Shown: positions 1 through 9,699, counted from the first letter of the stretch. The stretch is DNA of 64,000 nucleotides from an uncultured Bacilli bacterium (GCA_947629165.1 CANRCR010000001.1:12729-76728); one strand, 5' to 3'. The notes: generated by a model from the letters alone, not told the origin. Program-made: numbers and translations.

Positions 1-108
1 TGTCAATGAAAACAAGGTTTCGTCTAGTCATTGTCAAAAGTGTTTAATTTGGTAAAAAACAATTTATCTTTTTTTAATTTTTTCTTATAATAAAAATAGG
101 TGAAGAAT

Positions 109-909
109 ATGCAATTGTTACTCGCATTAAATTATAAATTTATTGAAAAAGAACCCAATCAATTAATTCGTCTATTAGAACTTTACGATCCACAAAGAAA
201 AATTAAGGGATTCGAAATGATGCCGGATTATACGGATGAAAAATCAATGGCTTACTTTGATCAATTGGCAACCCTTTGTAAAGAAAAGGGTTATCATTTA
301 CAAGTACATTCCACCAAACGAAGCTATATCGAAGAACAGAAACATTTTTTAGATTTGATGGAAAAGTATGCGTTAATGCTCGGTTATACAATCAATATCG
401 TATTTCATCCAGTTAGTGATGAAAATGATACGATTGCGCTCGAAAAGACGAATGAACTTATGGGAGAACTTTTAATTTACTGTTATCAAAAAAATTATCA
501 TTTAACACTCAGTCTCGAAAACTTGGAACATCGTACGACGATCGTTCGTTTAGATAAAGATGAAATAATTCCTATTTTTTATAACAATATCGATTTAAAA
601 TACACTTATGATTTGGGACATGAATTTAAAGATTATGGTCAAATTACGGACGTGGACCATTTACTTTTAGAACGTCTTAATAACGTACATCTTTTTCGAA
701 ATGATCGAACGGTAAATCATTTGCCTTTAACCGATCATGATCCAGATAAAGAACAATGGGTAAAAGCACTTTTATATTTAAAACAGAGTGGCTATCATGG
801 ATCGGTTGTCCTCGAATATGATTTCTATCAGATGAAAGGGAATACTTTTGAAGAAAAGTTTAAAGACTATATTGAACATGCCCTTTTTGTTCAAGATTAT
901 TTAGATTAG
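109..909 (+). CDS. TIM-barrel protein, xylose-isomerase-like / AP-endonuclease-2 fold (function unknown)
   Basis: ORF 100..909. ATG at 109 lies 6 nt after AGGTGA. Strand/helix alternation and conserved H/E/D positions (VFHPV, LENLEH, VLEYD) resemble sugar-phosphate isomerase/epimerase barrels. Assignment by eye only. Confidence 0.45.
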   Translation: MQLLLALNYKFIEKEPNQLIRLLELYDPQRKIKGFEMMPDYTDEKSMAYFDQLATLCKEKGYHLQVHSTKRSYIEEQKHFLDLMEKYALMLGYTINIVFHPVSDENDTIALEKTNELMGELLIYCYQKNYHLTLSLENLEHRTTIVRLDKDEIIPIFYNNIDLKYTYDLGHEFKDYGQITDVDHLLLERLNNVHLFRNDRTVNHLPLTDHDPDKEQWVKALLYLKQSGYHGSVVLEYDFYQMKGNTFEEKFKDYIEHALFVQDYLD

Positions 910-937
910 TATTCGAAAGGTTTTTTATCGAAAAGAC

Positions 938-966
938 TTGATTTATTTCTATTTTTCGATTATATT
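938..966 (+). promoter_or_regulatory. sigma-A type promoter upstream of rpsO
   Basis: TTGATT (938-943), 17 nt spacer, TATATT (961-966); about 90 nt leader before rpsO. Confidence 0.5.
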
Positions 967-1056
967 ATACGTGTACCTGTTTTTAGTGGGAGGGATTGAT
1001 CTCTCTAAACTCTTACTCAGAAAAAGGCGAATTTCAAAAAAAAGGAGGGAATTATA

Positions 1057-1326
1057 ATGGCTTTAACAAGCGAAAAGAAACAAGAAATCGTTAAGAAATA
1101 TGCAACCAATGAAAAAGATACGGGATCTTGTGAAGTTCAAATTGCCATTCTTACAGAAGAAATTAATCAATTAACTGCCCATTTAAAGGAACATAAACAT
1201 GATTATCATTCAAATCGTGGATTACTTCGTAAGGTTGGACAACGTCGTAGCATGTTAGCATATCTTCAAAAGAAAGATATTACACGTTACCGTGAACTTA
1301 TTCAAAAATTAGGATTAAGAAAATAG
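1057..1326 (+). CDS. rpsO: 30S ribosomal protein S15
   Basis: 89 aa with the typical S15 sequence ([23 protein letters not shown]). AGGAGG lies 8 nt upstream. Conserved rpsO-pnp pairing. Confidence 0.97.
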   Translation: MALTSEKKQEIVKKYATNEKDTGSCEVQIAILTEEINQLTAHLKEHKHDYHSNRGLLRKVGQRRSMLAYLQKKDITRYRELIQKLGLRK

Positions 1327-1371
1327 GCACTTTTTTAAGTGTCTCTTTTTTTCAAAATAATGGAGGTAAAT

Positions 1372-3564
1372 ATGGCAAAAAAAGTTTTTAAAATGAATTT
1401 TAGAGGAAGACCTTTGCAGGTAGAAATTGGGGAATTAGCAAAACAGGCAACGGGAGCAGTACTTGTTCGTTATGGCGATACGGTCGTATTATCGACGGTG
1501 GTCGTTGCGAAAGAAGCGAATCTTTTATCCGATTTCTTTCCACTCATGGTACTTTATCAAGAAAAATTATATTCGGTAGGAAAAATTCCAGGTGGTTTTA
1601 TTAAACGAGAAGGAAGACCTACGGAAGCCGCTACTTTGGCAGCACGAATGATCGATCGTCCAATGCGTCCTTTATTTCCACACGATTTTAAAAACGAAGT
1701 TCAAATTGTTAATACCGTTTTATCGGTAGAACAAGATAATTCACCTGAAATGACCGCGATGTTTGGTAGTAGTTTATGTACGGCTATTAGTAAAATTCCA
1801 TTCGATGGACCGATTGCTGGTGTTAAAGTAGGTCGTGTGAAAGGAAAGTTTGTAATTAATCCAACTGTGGAAGAAATGGAACAGACGGATATCGATTTGA
1901 CGGTTGCAGGAACGTATGATGCTATTAACATGGTCGAATCGAGTGCCAAACAAGTTAGTGAAGAAGATATGTTAAAAGCTTTACTATTTGGACATGAAGC
2001 GGTTCAGGAATTAGTTGAGTTCCAAAATAAGATTGTCAAAGAAGTAGGACAAGAAAAGATGGATTACCCACGTCTTGAAATTACCGATGATTTACGAAAA
2101 GAAGTGGAAGAACTTGTTTCGAAAAAGGTAGATAAAGCGCTTCGAATTAAAGATAAGTTAAAAATGTATGAAACACTCGATCAAATTAAAGAGGCCTTAA
2201 TCGAACGGTATCATACGGAAAATCCGGAATTAAACGAAGAAGAAAAAAGGGAACTCGATACGAAGTTGGCACTTATTTACGAAGATATTCAGTACGAATT
2301 ATTCCGTTCGATTGTCGTTAAAGAACATATTCGTGCCGATGGAAGAAAGATGGATGAGATTCGTCCTTTATCGACCGATATCGATTTGTTACCAAGAACA
2401 CATGGATCGGCATTGTTTACACGTGGTCAAACACAAAGTTTGAGTATTACGACTTTAGGTGCTTTAGGGGAACATCAAATTCTAGATGGTCTCGGTATCG
2501 AAGATCAAAAACGTTTTATGTTACATTATAATTTCCCTCAATTCTCTGTTGGAGAAACGGGAAGATATGGTGCTCCTGGACGTCGTGAAATTGGACATGG
2601 TGCTTTAGGTGAAAAAGCGTTGAGTCAGGTTATTCCAAGTGAAGATGAATTCCCATACACGATTCGTGTTGTCTCTGAAATTTTGGAAAGTAACGGTAGT
2701 AGTAGCCAAGCAAGTATTTGTGCTGGTTGCATGAGTTTGATGGCCGCAGGTGTTCCTATTAAGGCACCGGTTGCAGGTATTGCCATGGGACTTATTACTT
2801 CGGGTAAAGACTATACGATTTTAACCGATATTCAAGGTATGGAAGACCATTTAGGAGATATGGACTTTAAAGTAGCAGGAACAAGAGATGGTATTTGTGC
2901 GCTTCAAATGGATATCAAAATTAAAGGTATTACTAAAAAGATTTTAAAAGAGGCACTTGCCCAAGCAAAAGAAGCACGGTTTAAAATCTTGGATGTTATT
3001 CAAAAACAAATTAAAGAACCTCGTAAAGAAGTAAGTCCTTATGCTCCTAAGACCATGATCTTTACAATTAAGCCAGAAAAGATTAAAGATGTTATCGGTA
3101 AAGGTGGCGAAATGATTACCAAGATTATTTGTGAATCAAGTCACGTTACGGACGTTAACAATATTAATGCCGTTAAGGTAGATTTAGAGGATGACGGACG
3201 TGTTATTATCTATCATACCGATCAAAAGATTATCGATGAGACGGCACGACGCATTCAAGAAGTTGTAAGAGAAGCCGAAGAAGGTAAAATTTATACGGCT
3301 AAAGTGGTGAAAGTAGAAGACTTTGGATGCTTTGTTCAACTATGGCCTGGATGTGAAGGAATGGTTCACGTATCTCAACTTGCGGAAGAACGTATCAACA
3401 AAGCAAGCGATGTCGTAAAAGTAGGCGATGAACTCATTGTTAAATGTCTTGGAGTCGATAAAAAAGGAAGATTAAATTTCTCAAGAAAAGATGCTTTTAC
3501 GGATTCGAAAAAGTCAAAAAAAGAAGAAAAGAAAGTAAAAAAAGACAAGAAGCAAAGTGATTAA
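1372..3564 (+). CDS. pnp: polyribonucleotide nucleotidyltransferase (PNPase)
   Basis: Two RNase PH-like halves, then KH and S1 regions (GKIYTAKVVKVEDFGCFVQL) and a Lys-rich tail. Start moved from GTG 1339 to ATG 1372, which lies 5 nt after GGAGG (1362-1366). Confidence 0.96.
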   Translation: MAKKVFKMNFRGRPLQVEIGELAKQATGAVLVRYGDTVVLSTVVVAKEANLLSDFFPLMVLYQEKLYSVGKIPGGFIKREGRPTEAATLAARMIDRPMRPLFPHDFKNEVQIVNTVLSVEQDNSPEMTAMFGSSLCTAISKIPFDGPIAGVKVGRVKGKFVINPTVEEMEQTDIDLTVAGTYDAINMVESSAKQVSEEDMLKALLFGHEAVQELVEFQNKIVKEVGQEKMDYPRLEITDDLRKEVEELVSKKVDKALRIKDKLKMYETLDQIKEALIERYHTENPELNEEEKRELDTKLALIYEDIQYELFRSIVVKEHIRADGRKMDEIRPLSTDIDLLPRTHGSALFTRGQTQSLSITTLGALGEHQILDGLGIEDQKRFMLHYNFPQFSVGETGRYGAPGRREIGHGALGEKALSQVIPSEDEFPYTIRVVSEILESNGSSSQASICAGCMSLMAAGVPIKAPVAGIAMGLITSGKDYTILTDIQGMEDHLGDMDFKVAGTRDGICALQMDIKIKGITKKILKEALAQAKEARFKILDVIQKQIKEPRKEVSPYAPKTMIFTIKPEKIKDVIGKGGEMITKIICESSHVTDVNNINAVKVDLEDDGRVIIYHTDQKIIDETARRIQEVVREAEEGKIYTAKVVKVEDFGCFVQLWPGCEGMVHVSQLAEERINKASDVVKVGDELIVKCLGVDKKGRLNFSRKDAFTDSKKSKKEEKKVKKDKKQSD

Positions 3565-3590
3565 TCATTTTGCTCTTTTGAATTTTTATT
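3551..3590 (+). terminator. probable intrinsic terminator after pnp
   Basis: AGCAAAGTGAT/ATCATTTTGCT hairpin (one G-U pair) spanning the pnp stop codon, followed by CTTTTGAATTTTT. Confidence 0.5.
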
Positions 3591-3630
3591 ACTTAATAAA
3601 AAATTGAAAGAATATAAAAAGGAGTCAAAT

Positions 3631-4191
3631 ATGAAAAATATTAGAAATTATTGTCCCGCTAAATATAAACAAACGGATTATCAAGAAGTAGAACCAGATA
3701 TCTATAAGACGTTGTATGAGGATAAAAGTTGTTTTGTCGGTATAACTGATCGAAAATTAATTCGAAAGTTGCGAAGAAAAAAGGATTGGGTATTTTGTGA
3801 AGATAATCATTTTTATATGACCGAATACGAAAATAAAAAATATTATCGTTCTAAACAAGATTATCTATCTAGAAATCGGAAAAATTTTTATGCTACTGCA
3901 GATCCTACTGAAGTATATGTCACTTCTTTAATGTTTGAACCAGAACCACTTTTGGGAGAAAATGAGCCCTCTGATAAAAATATTTCACAATATCCACTCG
4001 AAGATATCTTGGATAAATTTAGGTGTTTTTGTCTTGATTTTTATCCTGATGAAAATGAAAATGATTCAAACAATTCCTATCAAGAGTTTGCTAGTTCAAA
4101 TATCGAACATATTCGAAATTTGAGATCAATTATAGGGAAACATGTCTATAACAAGGAAGAAGAAGGCCGCATTAAATTAATTATCGAATAA
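3631..4191 (+). CDS. hypothetical protein (186 aa, Tyr/Lys/Glu-rich, no recognisable motif)
   Basis: ORF 3604..4191. ATG 3631 lies 7 nt after AAAGGAG. A strong terminator follows directly. Confidence 0.5.
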   Translation: MKNIRNYCPAKYKQTDYQEVEPDIYKTLYEDKSCFVGITDRKLIRKLRRKKDWVFCEDNHFYMTEYENKKYYRSKQDYLSRNRKNFYATADPTEVYVTSLMFEPEPLLGENEPSDKNISQYPLEDILDKFRCFCLDFYPDENENDSNNSYQEFASSNIEHIRNLRSIIGKHVYNKEEEGRIKLIIE

Positions 4192-4230
4192 GAAAGAGGT
4201 TGATTAAAAATCATCCTCTTTCTTTTGGTT
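4190..4230 (+). terminator. intrinsic terminator
   Basis: Perfect 10-bp stem AAGAAAGAGG (4190-4199) / CCTCTTTCTT (4215-4224), with an inner TGAT...ATCA pairing, then TTGGTT. Confidence 0.8.
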
Positions 4231-4272
4231 CTAGTTTAAGGCTATTTTCATATAGTTTATTAGGTGAGGTAG

Positions 4273-5136
4273 ATGAAGCGTTTTTTTTCTATGTTTGGTG
4301 TTCTTGTTTTAGTTTGCTTTAGTTTTTATTATACAGAACAGGCCGTTCGTTTTATTCGGGGAAGAGATCCTATTTATCAAGAGATTGTTGCTCGTAAAGA
4401 TGAGTTTTCGGTGGAAGCCGTTAATGCGACGATTATGGAAGACAATATCATTCCAGGTAATTATGGGAAAGAAGTAGATGTAGATGCTTCTTATACCAAT
4501 ATGATGCGCTTAGGACAATTTAATGAAAGTTTATTAGTCTTTGAAGAAGTGGTTCCTACCGTCAGTTCTAATAAACAATTTGATAAGTATATTATTCAAG
4601 GAAATAAAGAAAGAGATGCCGTTGGGTTCGTTTTTGTCGTACAAGACTCAACTTATGTCGAATCTGTCGCTCAAATTTTAGCGAATAAAGATGTGAGTGC
4701 TACCTTCTTTGTCGATGGTGCTTGGGTCGAAAATCACTCAGATTTAGTCGATCTTTTATCTAAAAATGGAAATGAAATTGAAAACATCGGTTATGATGGA
4801 AGTTATGTTAAAGAACGTCTTCTTTGGACCAATAATTTAATTGAATCAATTACGCGGGTCGAACCGAAATATTGTTATACCAAATATCGAAATAGTAATA
4901 CGCTCGATCTTTGCCAAAATTATCATATGTATACTGTTCGACCTACGATTTTAACAGGAAGTTATCCTTTTTCAAGTGTTAAAAAGAATTTGACCAAAGG
5001 AGCAATTATTCATTTTGATTTAACCCCATCGACTGTGAAGGAATTAAGTACTATTATCAGTTACATTCATCAAAAAGGGTATCGTATTGAAATCTTATCT
5101 AATCTTCTATCTGAAAATGAGATTGTTGAAAAATAA
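4273..5136 (+). CDS. polysaccharide deacetylase family protein (YlxY-like, sporulation-associated), N-terminal TM anchor
   Basis: N-terminal hydrophobic helix followed by a NodB-like region. Position downstream of rpsO-pnp matches B. subtilis ylxY. Confidence 0.65.
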   Translation: MKRFFSMFGVLVLVCFSFYYTEQAVRFIRGRDPIYQEIVARKDEFSVEAVNATIMEDNIIPGNYGKEVDVDASYTNMMRLGQFNESLLVFEEVVPTVSSNKQFDKYIIQGNKERDAVGFVFVVQDSTYVESVAQILANKDVSATFFVDGAWVENHSDLVDLLSKNGNEIENIGYDGSYVKERLLWTNNLIESITRVEPKYCYTKYRNSNTLDLCQNYHMYTVRPTILTGSYPFSSVKKNLTKGAIIHFDLTPSTVKELSTIISYIHQKGYRIEILSNLLSENEIVEK

Positions 5137-5159
5137 AATGGCTTCGCCATTTTTTCTTT
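5135..5159 (+). terminator. intrinsic terminator
   Basis: AAAATGGC (5135-5142) TTC GCCATTTT (5146-5153) followed by a T-run. Confidence 0.8.
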
Positions 5160-5187
5160 GCAAAAACGGTCTTTTTCGTGTTTTTTC

Positions 5188-5216
5188 TTGTTTGAAACTT
5201 AAGATTATAGTATAAT
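5188..5216 (+). promoter_or_regulatory. sigma-A type promoter of smc
   Basis: TTGTTT (5188-5193), 17 nt spacer, TATAAT (5211-5216). Confidence 0.55.
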
Positions 5217-5246
5217 TTTACTAGTGAGGATAGGAGTGTTAGACCT

Positions 5247-8195
5247 ATGTATTTAAAAGAAATCGAAGTGAGTGGATTTAAATCCTTCGCGGACAAACTA
5301 AAACTATCTTTAGATAATAGTATTACTTGTATTGTTGGACCTAACGGAAGTGGAAAAAGTAATATTGTCGATGCAGTTCGTTGGGTATTAGGAGAACAGT
5401 CTGTTAAAAGTCTCCGTGGAGAAGGAGCTATGACCGATGTTATTTTTTCAGGTAGTAAAAGTCGTAATCCTTTAAATGTGGCCAGTGTGTCTTTGATTTT
5501 TGATAATCAAGATCATTATTTAAATATTCCTTATGAAGAAGTTTCTGTCAAAAGAAGAGTTTATCGTACGGGCGAAAATGAATATTTTTTAAATGGGGAA
5601 AAGTGTCGTTTAAAAGATATAACCGATCTTTTTATCGATAGTGGTATTGGAAAAGAATCTTTTAATATTATTTCACAAGGAGAAGTACAAAAAATTTTAT
5701 CGAATTCTCCTTATGATCGAAGAGTTATATTTGAAGAAGCAGCCAGTGTTTTAAAATATAAAAAACGAAAAGAAGAAGCGATTCGAAAACTTGATCGAAC
5801 ACATCAAAATTTAGATCGTGTAGGGGATATATTAGCTGAATTAGAAGGACAGTTAGAACCTTTACGGGAACAAAGTAGTAAAGCGCGCGATTATCTCGAT
5901 AACAAAGAAAAATTAGAGAAAATCGAAGTTGCTCTTATCGTTTATGATATGGAGCGAATGAATGATATTTATCAAGGTACCAAAAAAAGAATTGATGAGT
6001 TAAATGAAAAAATAGTTGCTTTACATAACGATGTTACCGATGTACAAAGTGATCAATTAAAAACAGAATTACTTCATTTAGAAGAATCTCTTGCTAAATT
6101 GAATCAAGATTTATTAGCGATTACGCGCGAAGAAGAACGATTGAACGGAGAACGAAAATTGTTAAAAGAACGGAAAAGTTATGATGCGGGGGATGCAAAA
6201 GTTCATGAACAAGTAGCTCAACTTACGGAAACGCAATTACGTCTTTCAACTGAAATTGATCTTTTAGAACAATCTTTAAGTGATTTAAACGAAGAAATTA
6301 ATAAAAGTCGTCAAAAAGAAAACGAAGAAAATCAAACGTTAACGTCGTATTATCATAAAAAAGAGGCGACCTTTAAAGAACAAAATAATAAGGAACGGGA
6401 ACAGGTCGAATTAGAACATCGCATTACGCTTTTAGAAAATCAAATTGAAAATGGAAGTAATCTTCCATCGAGTGTTCGCTCTATTTTAAATCATCCTAGG
6501 TTAAAAGGTGTTTATCAGGTAATTGGAAACTTGTTTGAGACAGAGGAACGTTATACCAAGGCTTTAGAAGTTGCTTTGGGAGCTAGTAAAAACTTTATTG
6601 TCGTAGAAAACGAAACGGTTGCCAAAGAAGCGATTACATATTTAAAAGAAAATAAACTAGGACGCGCTACTTTTTTTCCGATTAATGTGATTAAACCAAA
6701 GGGAATTGATGCCGATACCGAAACGCTTTTAGTTATGGATGAAGCTTATTTGGGATGTGCTTCTTCTTTGATTCGGTACGATTCCAAATTCCGTGATGTT
6801 TTACTTAATCAATTAGGAAATGTTTTAGTTGTTAAAACGTTGGATGATGCCAATCGAATTAGTAAAAAGATCGATGGCCGGTATAAGATTGTTACTTTGG
6901 ATGGCGAAGTGGTTCACGTTGGAGGAAGTATTTCCGGAGGAAGTCTCGGTTATACTCGCAGTGCGATTACCGAAAAAATCGAACTTGAAAAATTAAAACG
7001 GAATTATGAGGAATTAGGAACGGTTTTAAAAGATTTGGTCCATCAGTTAGAACAACTTGATCAAGCTATCGAAACCAAAGAAAAAGAACTTTATACATTA
7101 AAGGGAAATACTTACTTATTAGAAGAACAAGCGAAGAGTAAGATGAAAGATTTAGAAACGAAAAAATATGAATTAGAAGAAGTTAAACGCGATTTAGCAA
7201 CTTATGCCCATGTTATCGATCAGTCATTATCGGTGCAAGAAGAAGAGACGATGGCGCTTTATTACGACACGGTAAAACAAAAAGAAGCAATGATTGCTAC
7301 GATTAAAAAGAAGAATAAAGAGAAAGAACAAATTCAAGCAAAGATTGAGGAACTAGAAGCAAAGAGTCGTTTGAGTAACAGTGAACTTCGTGCTTATGAA
7401 AACGAATTAAAGACCAAAGAAATCGATGTCAGTCGCATGGATGTTCAACTCGATCATTATCTTACGACTTTGAGTGAAGACTACGAACTTACTTATGAAA
7501 AGGCAAAAAACAATTACTTCCTCGAATTAGAACCGGAGGAAGCAAGGCGCCAAGTTCAACGGTACAAAAGTAATATTAAACAGATCGGTATGGTTAATTT
7601 GGATTCGATCGAAATGTACGAACGCGTAAATGAACGTTTTCAATTTTTAACGAAACAAAAAGATGATTTGTTAAATGCCAAGGCTACTTTGTTAGAGATT
7701 ATCGATGAGATGGATGGCGTGATGAAAGAAGAATTTGAAACGACGTTCGAAGCTATCAATAAAGAATTTAAAGAAGTCTTTAAACAACTCTTCCACGGTG
7801 GAACGGCTTCTTTAAAATTAACGGATCCCGATCATTTATTGGAAACGGGTGTCGAAATTATTGCGAGTCCTCCAGGTAAAAAATTAACGACCATTTCACT
7901 TCTTTCAGGAGGAGAAAAGACGTTAACGGCGATCAGTTTACTATTTGCCATCTTGAATGTTCGAAGGGTTCCATTCTGTCTTTTCGATGAGGTGGAAGCC
8001 GCCCTCGATGAAGCCAATGTCGATCATTTTGGAACTTATTTAGATCACTATAAAGATAAGACTCAATTTTTACTTATTACACATAAAAAGAAAACGATGG
8101 AGTATGCCAAAACTTTATACGGTATTACCATGCAAGAATCTGGAGTATCGAAATTAGTTAGTGTTCGTCTTGAAAATGTCAAAGAAACGGCTTAA
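5247..8195 (+). CDS. smc: chromosome segregation protein SMC (982 aa, shorter coiled coil than the Bacillus protein)
   Basis: N-terminal Walker A FKSF...GPNGSGKSN, long heptad coiled coils, hinge region, C-terminal signature LSGGEKTLTAISLLFA and Walker B CLFDEVEAALD. Confidence 0.95.
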   Translation: MYLKEIEVSGFKSFADKLKLSLDNSITCIVGPNGSGKSNIVDAVRWVLGEQSVKSLRGEGAMTDVIFSGSKSRNPLNVASVSLIFDNQDHYLNIPYEEVSVKRRVYRTGENEYFLNGEKCRLKDITDLFIDSGIGKESFNIISQGEVQKILSNSPYDRRVIFEEAASVLKYKKRKEEAIRKLDRTHQNLDRVGDILAELEGQLEPLREQSSKARDYLDNKEKLEKIEVALIVYDMERMNDIYQGTKKRIDELNEKIVALHNDVTDVQSDQLKTELLHLEESLAKLNQDLLAITREEERLNGERKLLKERKSYDAGDAKVHEQVAQLTETQLRLSTEIDLLEQSLSDLNEEINKSRQKENEENQTLTSYYHKKEATFKEQNNKEREQVELEHRITLLENQIENGSNLPSSVRSILNHPRLKGVYQVIGNLFETEERYTKALEVALGASKNFIVVENETVAKEAITYLKENKLGRATFFPINVIKPKGIDADTETLLVMDEAYLGCASSLIRYDSKFRDVLLNQLGNVLVVKTLDDANRISKKIDGRYKIVTLDGEVVHVGGSISGGSLGYTRSAITEKIELEKLKRNYEELGTVLKDLVHQLEQLDQAIETKEKELYTLKGNTYLLEEQAKSKMKDLETKKYELEEVKRDLATYAHVIDQSLSVQEEETMALYYDTVKQKEAMIATIKKKNKEKEQIQAKIEELEAKSRLSNSELRAYENELKTKEIDVSRMDVQLDHYLTTLSEDYELTYEKAKNNYFLELEPEEARRQVQRYKSNIKQIGMVNLDSIEMYERVNERFQFLTKQKDDLLNAKATLLEIIDEMDGVMKEEFETTFEAINKEFKEVFKQLFHGGTASLKLTDPDHLLETGVEIIASPPGKKLTTISLLSGGEKTLTAISLLFAILNVRRVPFCLFDEVEAALDEANVDHFGTYLDHYKDKTQFLLITHKKKTMEYAKTLYGITMQESGVSKLVSVRLENVKETA

Positions 8196-8217
8196 TGGTC
8201 GTTTCTTTCTTGTTTTG
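8181..8217 (+). terminator. intrinsic terminator overlapping the smc stop
   Basis: AAAGAAACG (8181-8189) / CGTTTCTTT (8200-8208) followed by CTTGTTTTG. Confidence 0.7.
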
Positions 8218-8251
8218 TGTTATAATGATACTAGAGAATAGAGGCTAAGTT

Positions 8252-8680
8252 ATGAAAGTAATTCTTTGTTTAGAAGAAAAGTTAGGCTATTGTTTTTTAG
8301 GAAAAAGACTCAGTCAAGATCAAAATTTAAGACAAAATCTCAAACAACTCCTTCATTCTGAAAAAGTTTATATGAATGCATACAGTTACGCACTTTATAA
8401 AGATTATTTTGCGGATGCTTTGGTCGATGAACATTTTTTAGATAAGGCAAAAGATCATTATGTCGTTATCGAAAATGTTTCTCTTTCTTCTTACCAAGAT
8501 CAAATTGATGAATATGTTATATACGAATGGAATCGGTCTTATCCTGCTACTCTTTTTTTCTCTTCTACTTGGCTTTCTTCTTTCGAGTTAGTCGAAACGA
8601 TGGAGTTTAGTGGAACTTCTCATGAAAAAATTACTCGTCGTATTTATCGAAAGGAGTCTTCGTATGAAACGGAAAGATAA
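8252..8680 (+). CDS. hypothetical cytoplasmic protein (142 aa)
   Basis: ORF with AGAGG upstream. Its 3' end overlaps the start of the downstream nuclease gene by 17 nt, which suggests translational coupling. Confidence 0.45.
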   Translation: MKVILCLEEKLGYCFLGKRLSQDQNLRQNLKQLLHSEKVYMNAYSYALYKDYFADALVDEHFLDKAKDHYVVIENVSLSSYQDQIDEYVIYEWNRSYPATLFFSSTWLSSFELVETMEFSGTSHEKITRRIYRKESSYETER

Positions 8681-9374
8681 AAAACTAATTACGTTACTTG
8701 TATCGCTATTTATTTTATTGATTGGAATTGGTTATTCTTATGCTTTTCCTAATGATGTTCCTGTAAACGAGGGGTCTTCTTTTTCACTTTCATCGATTCC
8801 TCCTTATACGGATACACCTTATGTAGTTATTAACGAAAATAAACCTTCGTTTGAAGCGAAAGATTATAAAACGACTTCTTTTGAGTCCTATAGTGAACTT
8901 GATTCGCTTGGAAGAGCTGGAGTGGCTTTTGCAAATATCGGAGTTGATTTGATGCCGACGGAAGAACGGGGAAGTATTTCGGGGGTAAAACCTTCGGGTT
9001 GGCATACAGTTCGATATGATTTTGTCGATGGAAAATACTTATACAATCGTTGTCATTTGATCGGGTATCAATTAACTGGAGAAAATGCTAATAAACAGAA
9101 TCTTATTACGGGGACTCGGTATTTAAATGTCGAAGGAATGCTTCCTTTTGAAAATATGGTACACGATTATATCGTCGAAACAAAAAATCATGTTCTCTAT
9201 CGTGCTACTCCGATATACGAAGGAGATCAATTGCTTGCCAAAGGGGTATGGCTCGAAGCCTCCTCCGTCGAAGATCAAGGCGAAGGAATTGAATTTTCCG
9301 TATTTATTTACAATGTTCAACCGGGTGTTGTTATCGATTATGCTACTGGAGAAAGCCATGCTCGTTCCAATTAA
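8664..9374 (+). CDS. secreted/membrane-anchored DNA/RNA non-specific endonuclease (NucA / DNA-entry nuclease-like)
   Basis: ATG 8664 lies 7 nt after AAGGAG. N-terminal TM/signal helix (LITLLVSLFILLIGIGYSYA). Core LDSLGRAG...GWHTVRY...YNRCHLIGYQLTGENANKQNLITGT matches the NucA/EndA family pattern. Confidence 0.8.
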   Translation: MKRKDKKLITLLVSLFILLIGIGYSYAFPNDVPVNEGSSFSLSSIPPYTDTPYVVINENKPSFEAKDYKTTSFESYSELDSLGRAGVAFANIGVDLMPTEERGSISGVKPSGWHTVRYDFVDGKYLYNRCHLIGYQLTGENANKQNLITGTRYLNVEGMLPFENMVHDYIVETKNHVLYRATPIYEGDQLLAKGVWLEASSVEDQGEGIEFSVFIYNVQPGVVIDYATGESHARSN

Positions 9375-9397
9375 AAAGACGTATCACGTCTTTTTTT
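9373..9397. terminator. bidirectional intrinsic terminator
   Basis: AAAAAGACGT ATC ACGTCTTTTT, with an A-run on one side and a T-run on the other, between convergent genes. Confidence 0.85.
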
Positions 9398-9638
9398 AGT
9401 AATAATAGGGTCCGTAAGGTGGATAGAAAAAGTTATTGTTATTATAGTAGTAAGGATAAGGATAATAATAGTTTGGATTTTGATTTGGACGTCCATTTGC
9501 AATGGCTCCACCTGCTAGTCCTCCTAATAAAAAGGGAACGACAAAACCTCCGAAGCGATTATTATTGCCGTAGTTATTAGGTCTTTTTGCATAACGCATA
9601 TTTCTATTATTATAGTACATATTATAATTAGGATACAT
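9396..9638 (-). CDS. Asn/Tyr/Pro-rich mini-protein with central glycine-zipper hydrophobic segment (80 aa)
   Basis: AAGGGAG lies 6 nt before the ATG on the minus strand, and a terminator follows. Central FGGFVVPFLLGGLAGGAIANG is flanked by N/Y/P low-complexity arms. Confidence 0.5.
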   Translation of the reverse strand: MYPNYNMYYNNRNMRYAKRPNNYGNNNRFGGFVVPFLLGGLAGGAIANGRPNQNPNYYYPYPYYYNNNNFFYPPYGPYYY

Positions 9639-9699
9639 AATAATACTCCCTTCTATCGTATTTTATGTGTTATAATTAAAATGGTGAGGAGAATAGAAT

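Noticed and set aside
967-1056. rpsO 5' leader as an S15 autoregulatory RNA structure
   Set aside because: S15 feedback via leader structures is known in several phyla. However, I could find only short, imperfect pairings (e.g. AGGGA..TCTCT) by eye. The structure cannot be supported without folding or covariance analysis.
1339-1371. N-terminal extensions proposed by the ORF track (pnp 1339, rimP 13729, nusA 13997, uvsE 27531, lipoprotein 46606, mraZ 48015, thrS-upstream ORF 44562, nuclease 8610, minus-strand ORFs 32807 and 33341)
   Set aside because: In each case an internal start codon has a properly spaced Shine-Dalgarno sequence and matches the expected protein N-terminus. The extension would instead run through a terminator, a T-box, an attenuator hairpin, a promoter box or the preceding gene.
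3935-4123. 62 aa overlapping + strand ORF inside the 3631..4191 hypothetical gene, and similar short nested ORFs elsewhere (e.g. 203..391, 1701..1949, 7832..8017, 8790..9359, 10219..10431, 23392..24225, 29228..30107, 30390..30734, 42227..43464)
   Set aside because: All are nested in or antisense to longer ORFs with recognisable protein families or better signals. None has its own RBS or terminator.
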